Source of the DNA: an uncultured virus (IMG/VR IMGVR_UViG_3300009155_000057)
Lineage: Duplodnaviria > Heunggongvirae > Uroviricota > Caudoviricetes
DNA length: 20,000 nucleotides
IMG/VR virus record: IMGVR_UViG_3300009155_000057
Reading direction: 5' to 3' (one strand)
Shown: in pieces, positions 5,581 through 13,324 of the stretch
Position numbering within the stretch: position 1 is the stretch's first letter
How the letters are laid out: each line of letters begins with the position of its first letter
Made by a program: the position numbers and the translations under genes
Notes under the pieces: generated by a model
Databases searched by the model: none
Told to the model about the DNA's origin: nothing
The model's input: the letters and a program-made list of their open reading frames with translations, nothing else

Positions 5581-5749
5581 TTGGCAGTAGCTCAAGAGAT
5601 GATATGGAATCCTCGCGCAAGGTTCTGTATTGTTACGATATCCAGAAAAATTTTTAGTGTGGGTCGACACACATTAGACATCTTTTGGAGAATGCTTAGA
5701 GCACCATTCCGCGGAGGGGTGGAGATGATGCACAGTGCATCCTGTTCAA
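5581..5749 (+). ncRNA. ~170-nt tRNA-shaped RNA with two long hairpins inserted in the D loop
   Basis: GGCAG/CTGTT, TA-GCTC(5590)...GAGC(5699), GU-rich hairpins 5598-5634 and 5641-5689, CCATTCC-GCGGA-GGGGTGG, GATGC-ACAGT-GCATC. Confidence 0.6.
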
Positions 5750-5753
5750 TAAT

Positions 5754-5829
5754 GGGAGGTTAGCTCAGTCGGGAGAGCAATAGCCTTACAAGCTATGGGT
5801 CATTGGTTCGAACCCAATACCTCCCACCA
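5754..5829 (+). tRNA. tRNA-Val(TAC)
   Basis: GGGAGGT/ACCTCCC, ATAGC-CT TAC AA-GCTAT, CCA. Confidence 0.93.
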
Positions 5830-5846
5830 TTTCAAATAAGTTTTGT

Positions 5847-5922
5847 TGCAGGTTGGTGAAGTGGCCTACCACGAGCGGGTTCATACTTGCTTTATTCATC
5901 GGTTCGAATCCGATACCTGCTA
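5847..5922 (+). tRNA. tRNA-Met(CAT), anticodon arm out of register by 1 nt
   Basis: TGCAGGT/ACCTGCT, AGCGGG-TTCATA-CTTGCT, ATCGG-TTCGAAT-CCGAT. Confidence 0.75.
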
Positions 5923-5927
5923 CCGCT

Positions 5928-6001
5928 GTGTCTGTTCCCTAATTGGTTAAGGGGCCTGGTTGTGACCCAGGTATATGCGGGTTCAAGTCCCGCCAGACAC
6001 C
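5928..6001 (+). tRNA. tRNA-His(GTG)
   Basis: GTGTCTG/CAGACAC-C73, CCTGG-TT GTG AC-CCAGG. G-1 is not encoded (T at 5927). Confidence 0.9.
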
Positions 6002-6057
6002 TTTTTAAGACAGTGTGTTTTCATCTAAGGTAATATACAGCTAATAAAAGGATAATT

Positions 6058-6402
6058 ATGCATCGTCCATCGACAATTACTTCTGCTTTTATCTTTAGCG
6101 TTAAGGTTAAGAAAAATAACGAATTTGTTGATACTCTTGTTCTTACTTACGAAATTGCTGATATTTTATATCACATGAAAGATATAACTGAAATTAAAAA
6201 GTTGGATAATATCCGTGTGTACGGAACGCTTCTTGGCAGAAATGTTGATATTTGGAAGTCATCAAATGGTGATTACATGGCCTTTGCTGAAAAATGGAAT
6301 ATCAATCCTTCGCCTAATCCTGATGAAAATGCTTTATTGATGGTAGTTGAAGGCAATGTCGCTACTGTATCTCCGCGCCAACATGATTGGGATCGCGACT
6401 AA
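6058..6402 (+). CDS. Hypothetical protein
   Basis: AAGGA RBS, 114-aa ORF. Confidence 0.7.
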   Translation: MHRPSTITSAFIFSVKVKKNNEFVDTLVLTYEIADILYHMKDITEIKKLDNIRVYGTLLGRNVDIWKSSNGDYMAFAEKWNINPSPNPDENALLMVVEGNVATVSPRQHDWDRD

Positions 6403-6434
6403 AATATACTGTTGTTTTTTATAAAAGGATTAAA

Positions 6435-6704
6435 ATGATAATTCCAATTCCATTTACTGAGGAGCCTGAGACAAGAGTAGGCTTTCCTTGTAAGGCGTTT
6501 CGAAAAGTAATCGAAATCAGACTTGATTCAATTGCGTTGCTTCACCAATACCATATTGACGGAAAATGGAAAAGCTCTCATACCAATGTACGCTCCATTT
6601 GCTTGATGAAAATCAAGAATTGGACCCTTGGTTACAAGGAAGATCATTTCTGGTATGACGGAACTCATTGTATTTACATTATTGGACCAACAGGAGTTCA
6701 ATAG
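6435..6704 (+). CDS. Hypothetical protein
   Basis: AAGGA RBS before ATG 6435, in frame with ORF 6387. Confidence 0.65.
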   Translation: MIIPIPFTEEPETRVGFPCKAFRKVIEIRLDSIALLHQYHIDGKWKSSHTNVRSICLMKIKNWTLGYKEDHFWYDGTHCIYIIGPTGVQ

Positions 6705-6755
6705 GATGATTATAATTGTAAGAAATGTCATCCTGATGATTAAAAGGAAACAAGA

Positions 6756-7175
6756 ATGAAAACTTTGGTTTTAAATGAAAAGTTCCCACTTCAATTTCAA
6801 CATAACATTACAGCACATTGTGGAACTTTCTATGATGTAGAGATTAACACATCAGATAAAAATGATTTTCTTCTTAATGTAATAGGTAAGGCAATTACTA
6901 TTGTTACACAAAATGGTCATTGTTTTCGCTGGAATGAAGACTCATTTTCGTTACTGATGAGTGATTATGTTTTTGACCCACCTGATTGGTGGCCAAGAAA
7001 AGAAGTTGAAGTTGAGGAAGTTTTGCCATTCTTTCCTCGTATGAAGGCATGGCTGGCGGGCCAACCAAAAACTCGTCTCGTAAAGAAAACGGTCTATGAT
7101 GATTATGTAGAGCTTGAAGGATATTACAACTTCACTATTCCAGTAACACAAATTAAAGTGATTAAGGATCAATAA
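6756..7175 (+). CDS. Hypothetical protein
   Basis: AAGGA RBS, 139-aa ORF. Confidence 0.75.
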   Translation: MKTLVLNEKFPLQFQHNITAHCGTFYDVEINTSDKNDFLLNVIGKAITIVTQNGHCFRWNEDSFSLLMSDYVFDPPDWWPRKEVEVEEVLPFFPRMKAWLAGQPKTRLVKKTVYDDYVELEGYYNFTIPVTQIKVIKDQ

Positions 7176-7199
7176 CCATTTAACAAATCATTTAAAACA

Positions 7200-7875
7200 A
7201 TGAAACAAATGAATACTATTGAAACATTTTTAGAAAATAAAAACAAACTAACATCAGAAATTTCAAAAGCTATCAAAGATAAATAATGCTTACGCTAAAC
7301 AAAGACTGAAAACTAGTGAAAGAAAAACGTTAATCTCAGAATTTATTAATTCTGAGCTCAAGAAAGAAATCAAAGAATTTGCTGAGAAAAACAACTACGG
7401 TCACATCTTTGATTATGAAGATCATGTGAGATACACATCTCAAAATACAACAAATCCATACACAAGAAGTTACATCCCTTATTTTTCCATGAAGCAATCT
7501 GGTTGGTTTTGTTTCTTTCAAGACGGTAAGCAGCCACATTTATATCATGAGTATACAATCTCTTGGAGATATAGACTCTATCCTGAGAAATCTAAATCGT
7601 CGGAAGAAACTGAAAGAACTCTTCGTAAGAAGTTTAGGTTTGTTCATATCAAAACTATTGATATGCAAAAAATTAAAGATGAATTACGTTCTGCTATGAT
7701 CAATAACAATCTTGATCCAAGTGACCTGAGTTCTTTAGGTTATGATTACTCTCGTTATTACAAAGATAATAACTACAAAGATTTTTATAACAAAGCTTAT
7801 TCCATTCTTGCAAAGAACAATTTGAACTCAATTTTATCTTCAGCGTTTATTTATGACTTTGTTAAAGTAACTTAG
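7200..7875 (+). pseudogene. Hypothetical protein with a +1 frameshift near 7252-7284
   Basis: MKQMNTIETFLENKNKLTSEISKAIKDK* continues in the +1 frame (NNAYAKQRLKTSERKTLISEF...) into ORF 7426-7875. Confidence 0.6.
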
Positions 7876-7880
7876 CTCAA

Positions 7881-7937
7881 ACTATAAACCAAAAATTTAA
7901 ACTTTTTTCTTTTAAAATTGCATTTTTGGTTTATAGT
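7881..7937. repeat. Perfect 16-bp inverted repeat upstream of the second tRNA block
   Basis: ACTATAAACCAAAAAT (7881-7896) / ATTTTTGGTTTATAGT (7922-7937). Confidence 0.85.
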
Positions 7938-7946
7938 AAAGATATT

Positions 7947-8031
7947 GGATACATGGTCGAGCGGTTTAAGGCACAGCTTTGCTAAAGCTGCGGGTCTTCG
8001 GGCCCCGAAGGTTCAAATCCTTCTGTATCCG
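7947..8031 (+). tRNA. tRNA-Ser(GCT)
   Basis: GGATACA/TGTATCC-G73, CAGCT-TT GCT AA-AGCTG, long variable arm with TTCG loop. Confidence 0.93.
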
Positions 8032-8048
8032 CCTCTTTTACATCTTAC

Positions 8049-8125
8049 GGTGCCATAGTTCAGTTGGTTAGAACGCCTGACTGTCTATCAGGAGGTCGCG
8101 GGTTCGAGCCCCGCTGGCACCGCCA
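8049..8125 (+). tRNA. tRNA-Asp(GTC)
   Basis: GGTGCCA/TGGCACC-G73, CCTGA-CT GTC TA-TCAGG, CCA. Confidence 0.93.
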
Positions 8126-8132
8126 TTTTCAT

Positions 8133-8207
8133 GCACCCATGGTCAATCGGTTAAGACGCTGGCCTCTCACGCCGGAATGACGGGTTCGACTCCCGTTGGG
8201 TGTACCA
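8133..8207 (+). tRNA. tRNA-Glu(CTC)
   Basis: GCACCCA/TGGGTGT, CTGGC-CT CTC AC-GCCGG, CCA. Confidence 0.93.
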
Positions 8208-8216
8208 TTTAATCAA

Positions 8217-8291
8217 GGCGCTTATCCAGCTGGCGCTGGAGGATGATTGCAAATCATCTTAAGTAGAGTTCGATTCTCTAAAGCGCCTCCA
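8217..8291 (+). tRNA. tRNA-Cys(GCA)
   Basis: GGCGCTT/AAGCGCC-U73-CCA, GATGA-TT GCA AA-TCATC. Confidence 0.9.
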
Positions 8292-8311
8292 AATTCATAT
8301 ATTAGCAAAGT

Positions 8312-8388
8312 GGGCCGGTGATGGAACTGGTATACATGCTACGCTTAGAACGTAGATTTTAGGGGTTCGAATCCCATCTGGCCTACCA
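8312..8388 (+). tRNA. tRNA-Leu(TAG) with a short variable region
   Basis: GGGCCGG/CTGGCCT, CTACG-CT TAG AA-CGTAG, variable region only ATTTT, CCA. Confidence 0.85.
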
Positions 8389-8399
8389 TACAAAAATGC

Positions 8400-8431
8400 T
8401 GAGGGAAAGGAATTAACGTTCCTTTCCCTCA
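8400..8431. terminator. Strong hairpin at the convergence of the tRNA array and the minus-strand gene
   Basis: TGAGGGAAAGGAA-TTAACG-TTCCTTTCCCTCA, 13-bp perfect stem. Confidence 0.7.
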
Positions 8432-9397
8432 AGCTAATTCACACATCACAATAGCTGTAACTGAAGTGTTGCTAAACAAGTCTTTAACAACCTCATCAGG
8501 GTATAGTTTATCCCAAATTTCATTTTGTTTTTTAAATTCTGGCCCGCTAAGATCAAATGATCGATTTAAAAGATTGAATTTGACAGCTGTTATTTTTAGA
8601 TTTTTCCCCATAATAACTTCAGATTCATCATAATTGCTCGCCGCTGAAACATCGCTTCCATAAAGACAATCTTTAACTTTGAGAATGATTGCACAATCTT
8701 GGTTACTGTCAGCAGCAAATTGTTTTGCTGTTTGTCCATCGGTTGTCCAAGAAGAAATTGGAAAATTCTTAAATTGAATTCCTGCTTTTAAATTCATGCC
8801 TACAGCTTCTGTCAATCCAATTCCTCGATAAAGATTTTGTGGTCCCATTCTGTTTTTGGTTTGAGCAGCAAATTGCAAAATTTTCTTTGCGTTTCTATAA
8901 TCTTCTCTAGTAGGCATAATTTCTTTATATGGGCTGTCATTGTGCTTAATTGCCTGAGATTGCCAACTTTCATACCCTGAAGGCTTTCTAATAGTGCTAA
9001 CACTTCCTGACGTGAATAAAAGAAATGAATAAAAAATAGAAGCAAGATTAGCGTCTAGTTTTTCATTTTTCTTATAGCCTGTTGAATACCAACGGTTGAC
9101 ATCGTCATTAACATAAGTTGAGATGGCATCATAAAAGTCTCCTTTGTCGGAGTCCAGTTTATTGTAAAAATAATCAAACATTTCTTCGGTTGGTTCTTTA
9201 ACTTTAATCAAAGCTTCGTTTACGCTTCTAAGAAAAGCTGGAATAGATTTTCCGTTGAAGCGTTTTGTAGATAGCTCTTTATAAATTGCCAAAGCAACAT
9301 TGGAAGTTGATGAAGAAAGATCGACATTACGTTCAGAAAATCTAAATTCTTTTAGCAATCGATTCAAAATTCTGATTTCAAGATTTTCATTTTTCAT
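8429..9397 (-). CDS. Putative mono-ADP-ribosyltransferase (R-S-E / VIP2-like C-terminal domain)
   Basis: LYRG, FPISSWTTD..AKQFA and ESEV occur in the expected order and spacing. Likely start MKNENLEIRILNRLLKE (the ORF track extends to 9424). Confidence 0.7.
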   Translation of the reverse strand: MKNENLEIRILNRLLKEFRFSERNVDLSSSTSNVALAIYKELSTKRFNGKSIPAFLRSVNEALIKVKEPTEEMFDYFYNKLDSDKGDFYDAISTYVNDDVNRWYSTGYKKNEKLDANLASIFYSFLLFTSGSVSTIRKPSGYESWQSQAIKHNDSPYKEIMPTREDYRNAKKILQFAAQTKNRMGPQNLYRGIGLTEAVGMNLKAGIQFKNFPISSWTTDGQTAKQFAADSNQDCAIILKVKDCLYGSDVSAASNYDESEVIMGKNLKITAVKFNLLNRSFDLSGPEFKKQNEIWDKLYPDEVVKDLFSNTSVTAIVMCELA

Positions 9398-9443
9398 AAC
9401 TTTAATTATTTCAAAAAACGCCAACTAATATTTTTTTGCAAGT

Positions 9444-9472
9444 ATGCAACACGTGAAAAATAGTGGTAAAAT
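9444..9472 (+). promoter_or_regulatory. Promoter ATGCAA-N17-TAAAAT (extended TG)
   Basis: Recurrent motif at the start of the long + strand gene run. Confidence 0.6.
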
Positions 9473-9521
9473 AGTACAGGTTGAACAACAAACTACCTAC
9501 AGGAGCGGACTCTTATGTCCA

Positions 9522-9875
9522 GTGTACTATAAGGCTAAGGACATTGCTTTGACCAACAGTTTTGATTTTCATTTGGCCGCCTTTGCAAATAAGAAGGGAC
9601 CATTTGGGGTCAATAATAGAAACAAAAATTCATCCAAGTTTGTAAAGCGTTACAGGAACACCAGGAACACTTATCATGAGGTTCATGCCGAGGCTGATCT
9701 CATTTTGAAGCTCGATTATGTTCCTGAGAAGATTAGTGTTGTTCGGTTCCTCAAGGACGGAACCGCAACCATGGCAAAGCCTTGCATTCATTGCCAGCAT
9801 TTTCTAAAGCATGTAGGCGTGAAAAAGGTTCGCTATACCAATTGGTTCGGTGTCTGGGAAGAGATGAGCTTGTAG
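9522..9875 (+). CDS. Zn-dependent cytidine/dCMP-type deaminase-fold protein
   Basis: HAE...AKPCIHC...GVKKVRY motifs. Start uncertain: GTG 9522, or ATG 9515 with a +1 shift. Confidence 0.8.
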   Translation: MYYKAKDIALTNSFDFHLAAFANKKGPFGVNNRNKNSSKFVKRYRNTRNTYHEVHAEADLILKLDYVPEKISVVRFLKDGTATMAKPCIHCQHFLKHVGVKKVRYTNWFGVWEEMSL

Positions 9876-9884
9876 GAGTTTCCA

Positions 9885-10103
9885 ATGTGGAATTTGAAAA
9901 ATCGCCCTGACTTCCCGATGATTGGAGATTTGGTTAGTATCAACAAGGTGCTTTCCATTCACCCTAGCTTCCACCTTTTGGTGGGACTTGTGATTGATAA
10001 AGATTATGAATCTGACATTCCTACGCTACACATCATGTTTCCTAATGGCGCTAGTCTCAAATTCGTCGATGAGTGTAATGTCACTATACGTTCATTTGCT
10101 TAA
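9885..10103 (+). CDS. Small hypothetical protein (SH3-like barrel pattern)
   Basis: AGGAG RBS; IGDLV...GLVID pattern. Confidence 0.65.
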   Translation: MWNLKNRPDFPMIGDLVSINKVLSIHPSFHLLVGLVIDKDYESDIPTLHIMFPNGASLKFVDECNVTIRSFA

Positions 10104-10159
10104 GTAAAAATTCTAACAATTCAAACCTTGAAGATTAAAATACCTTAAAAGGAAAGAAA

Positions 10160-10654
10160 ATGCCTCGTCCAAATGATGTCGGCGTCGGAACTGCTTGTAT
10201 CATCTACAAGGTTATTGGCCGTAAATTTCAAGTTCTTCTCATGAAGCGTCAAGGCGCTCATTGCGCCGGCCAGTGGGCTGTTCCTGGAGGTTGGCTCGAT
10301 CGTCCTGATGAAACGACTTCGGGGGCGGTTTGCCGCGAGGTTGCAGAAGAGACGGGAATCACCCTTGAAGAGTCCAAGGTCCATCACTATCAATGGACTA
10401 CTGAAGACCATCCAGATATTGGTTGCCGCAGCGTGACTTTGTATCATACTACCCAAGTGCCGCCCGACCAGGTGCCGCAAATCATGGAGCCCAATAAGTG
10501 CACCGAAATGCGCTGGGTAGGTTACAGTGAATTGCTTGAATTTGTAAAAAGCGAGCCCATTTTTCCTGGACTTGCCAGAATTCTAAATGATTTTTGCTAC
10601 GGACTGAGCATGGTGATCATTCATGCTCCAGAAGAAAGTGAAAGCGAAGAGTAG
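10160..10654 (+). CDS. Nudix hydrolase (MutT/NUDT15-like)
   Basis: WAVPGGWLDRPDETTSGAVCREVAEETG Nudix box; PQIMEPNKCTEMRW. Confidence 0.9.
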   Translation: MPRPNDVGVGTACIIYKVIGRKFQVLLMKRQGAHCAGQWAVPGGWLDRPDETTSGAVCREVAEETGITLEESKVHHYQWTTEDHPDIGCRSVTLYHTTQVPPDQVPQIMEPNKCTEMRWVGYSELLEFVKSEPIFPGLARILNDFCYGLSMVIIHAPEESESEE

Positions 10655-10684
10655 TTTATAAAAACACAAACAAAGGAGAAGCAA

Positions 10685-10894
10685 ATGAGCAATAGTGATA
10701 AAAACGTCAAGATCACCATTGGTAGCCGGGGTCTCACTTTCTGGGGTGTGACTTGTCGGGTGATTGCTGCGATTTGTTCCTGGACTATCAATCATAGCAT
10801 CGTTTGGGCTGTGATTCATGCTTTTTTCGGCCCATTTTACATCCTGTATCTTTGTATGGGGTGTGGCGGCGGAATCCCTCAGCTTTCTTGGTAA
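10685..10894 (+). CDS. Small membrane protein
   Basis: AAGGAG RBS; SWTINHSIVWAVIHAFFGPFYILY hydrophobic motif. Confidence 0.75.
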   Translation: MSNSDKNVKITIGSRGLTFWGVTCRVIAAICSWTINHSIVWAVIHAFFGPFYILYLCMGCGGGIPQLSW

Positions 10895-10903
10895 GGAGCT
10901 TCT

Positions 10904-11338
10904 ATGTCTAAAGAAGATGAGATTCTTCGACAAGCTGCTAAGAAAGAAGGAGAAAGAATTCTCAGTTTGCTTGACGAACCAGACCGAGACAAGATTCTTG
11001 CGTGGCGGGCAGCCACAACGGAAACTAAGCAAATTGTTGTAATGGATAAGAATAGCGCTGAAATGCGCAATGTTGGATGTGGGTTTTTTGGTGCTTTTTT
11101 TCTTTTTATCAATTTTGTCTTCATTATCTCACGACCTGACGGTTGGCCCCTGGTGTGCTCGCTTGAGCACAAGGAGCCAATCATGTGGCAAATTGGTTGT
11201 GATGACGGAACTGTCCGTTGCAGCGAGTCAAACGAAACAGTTTACTTCATCGCAAATGTAGGCGACTGGAAATGCAAGACGAACGACAAGCGTCATTTCG
11301 TCTGTAATGACGTTGCAAAGCTTCCACAAGAATTCTAA
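10904..11338 (+). CDS. Single-pass membrane protein with Cys-rich C-terminus
   Basis: AAGGAG RBS; TM GFFGAFFLFINFVFII. Confidence 0.7.
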   Translation: MSKEDEILRQAAKKEGERILSLLDEPDRDKILAWRAATTETKQIVVMDKNSAEMRNVGCGFFGAFFLFINFVFIISRPDGWPLVCSLEHKEPIMWQIGCDDGTVRCSESNETVYFIANVGDWKCKTNDKRHFVCNDVAKLPQEF

Positions 11339-11352
11339 GAAAGAGGTGTGGG

Positions 11353-11798
11353 GTGGAATCTTTTCGGTCAAACAGTAGTTTCATTGTAGATAAAATGATT
11401 GAGGAGATTAAAAGAAAATCCAAAAAAATGATCTTGTACCTAAAGATTGCAAGATCAGTGTTTATGAACACGATAAACGTTCCAATCCATATTGGAACGT
11501 GCGTTTTAGTTATTCTGTCTCTTTTAAAGACCTTCCTAGCGGTAAGCATTGGTTCTCGTCACATTCACCTGACATCTACGATCCATATGAAGCTCAGTGT
11601 GTAGTTGATGATTTAAGAAGCAAATTGGGAATCTTAAAAGAAGAACATTCTCTTTTTGAAGAGATTAAAAACTTTAACTGGAATCACGTTGCTTTCATTC
11701 TTTTCGTTTCGGGCATAATTTTCATTTCCAATGAAATTGGAATTCAATTTCATGATGAAATTGCCCAAATAATTGGTCAATTAGAGGGGTCACGATGA
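11353..11798 (+). pseudogene. Membrane protein split by a -1 frameshift at an A7 run (11422-11428)
   Basis: MESFRS...IKRKSKK joins NDLVPKDCKISVYEHDKRSNPYWNVRFSYS... (ORF 11499). The stop overlaps the next ATG. Confidence 0.6.
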
Positions 11799-12265
11799 AT
11801 AAGTCAATGTCTGAGATTCTGTCACACAAGTCAAGGACTTTCTTCCTCAGTAGAGGTTATGTTGAGTCTTCTACATATGCCATGATTCCTCTCTATTCAG
11901 AGGAAGAGATTGACGCCCTAGAGTTCAGGGATCGACTCAAAAAGTTGTGCAAGCTGCTTATGACTCTTGAAACGATTTGTTATCGTCTTCATATTGAAGA
12001 CGGCGCTGATCACAGCACCTTACTAGGAGAAGCGCTTTTTGTTTTTTCAAATCTTGACGCTGATGAGTGTTCTTATGAGGCAGATGAGGCGATGAATGAG
12101 GTTGGTCTGTTTTTTGGGTTTCCATATTATGTGAAACTTTCAGATTTCATGCACATCCAAAACTATGATGCCTTTCTTGGGTCTGATGAGGGCTCCCAGT
12201 GGTGGAAGGTTACTCATGGTAATTTCGGATTTAACGTAAGAGATGTAGAGAGTTCAGGTATCTAA
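11795..12265 (+). CDS. Hypothetical protein
   Basis: ATGA-coupled start, GAGGGG RBS, 156 aa. Confidence 0.75.
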   Translation: MNKSMSEILSHKSRTFFLSRGYVESSTYAMIPLYSEEEIDALEFRDRLKKLCKLLMTLETICYRLHIEDGADHSTLLGEALFVFSNLDADECSYEADEAMNEVGLFFGFPYYVKLSDFMHIQNYDAFLGSDEGSQWWKVTHGNFGFNVRDVESSGI

Positions 12266-12283
12266 GATTTATGGAGAGAAAAA

Positions 12284-12640
12284 ATGTCTTCAAACATGTA
12301 TGGCTTTGAAGTCAATTTTGTGTGGGAAGGCCGGGATTGCCAAGCACAGTTTGTGTATAACGGCACGTTCGAAGACGAGCCCAGTTCTCTGGACTATGCA
12401 ACAAAAGACTGGGAATCGACCAATCCCGTTGATCTTGCAAAGTATGAGCTTGAACATCGTGATTGGAACAAGAAGTATCATGCCGATATTCGCATAGGTG
12501 CTTATGGCATATATTCATTTTGTAATGATGATGACCCAAGCGACTTTGATTGGATTCCGCCCCATCCAACTGAAAAAGAAGTTCTGCAAATCATTGCAGA
12601 TGGAAAAGCAAAAGAAATACGCGAAGGATGGGATACTTGA
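12284..12640 (+). CDS. Hypothetical acidic protein
   Basis: GGAG RBS, 118 aa. Confidence 0.75.
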   Translation: MSSNMYGFEVNFVWEGRDCQAQFVYNGTFEDEPSSLDYATKDWESTNPVDLAKYELEHRDWNKKYHADIRIGAYGIYSFCNDDDPSDFDWIPPHPTEKEVLQIIADGKAKEIREGWDT

Positions 12641-12978
12641 TGGAAAATAGTAAATGCTTTGAACGACTTTTCAAATATCAAGATATGGATATGAAATATC
12701 CTGGCATATTAGATTTGCTATACGACATTGCGTACAAAGATGATATGGCCGGCCATTACCACCCTTCAAAGCTTTCTATTCAGAATAGATTTGGATTAGA
12801 AATCTTTGTTGTCAAGCCTTGGCACGAGCAAGGTGAGCGTAATGTTTGTGAAATTGCTAACAAACATAATGTAAAAACAAGCATTAGAATTAAAACAAAG
12901 CAAAGAAGTATGTTTGGTCTTGATTATGATTTTGAAGACAAATTTTTTGATGCTATAAAGAAAGCGCTGGAAGAATAA
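12640..12978 (+). CDS. Hypothetical protein
   Basis: TGATG overlap with the upstream gene. Confidence 0.7.
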   Translation: MENSKCFERLFKYQDMDMKYPGILDLLYDIAYKDDMAGHYHPSKLSIQNRFGLEIFVVKPWHEQGERNVCEIANKHNVKTSIRIKTKQRSMFGLDYDFEDKFFDAIKKALEE

Positions 12979-13020
12979 TCAATAAATTCTTAATAAGCAA
13001 CATTCAAAGGGTTTCGATAA

Positions 13021-13324
13021 ATGAACTTTTTTAATAAACTCCAGGCCCACGTTGGAGAGCTTATTAAGCTGACATCACCAGTAAAATGGATGGTCAATAA
13101 TCAGCCTCTAGCTCTTGATGAAAGTATGAAAGACAAAGTTTTTCTTTTGATGAATGCTGTAGGAAATAAGAAGTGGCAAAAAATATCCTTTGCGCGCTAT
13201 AACATCAAGCGTTGGACATGGTGAAAATAGATATGTTCTCCTCCTAATAGAAGGAGAAGAAACCTGGATGATAGTTTCAGAACTAGATGTAGAATTTATT
13301 CTACCTGGAGAAAAAATAGCATGA
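13021..13324 (+). pseudogene. Hypothetical protein with a +1 frameshift near 13162
   Basis: ...LLMNAV continues in the +1 frame as EIRSGKKYPLRAITSSVGHGENRYVLLLIEGEETWMIVSELDVEFILPGEKIA*. Its TGA overlaps ATG 13321. Confidence 0.6.

Noticed and set aside
5551..5763. 70-aa ORF
   Set aside because: TTG start without an RBS and overlap with tRNA-Val; the region is better explained as structured RNA.
2852..8207. Repeated GCACCCATGGTCAA...AAGACGCTGG as a CRISPR or dispersed repeat
   Set aside because: These are three paralogous tRNA-Glu genes with no regular spacer periodicity. No CRISPR array was seen.
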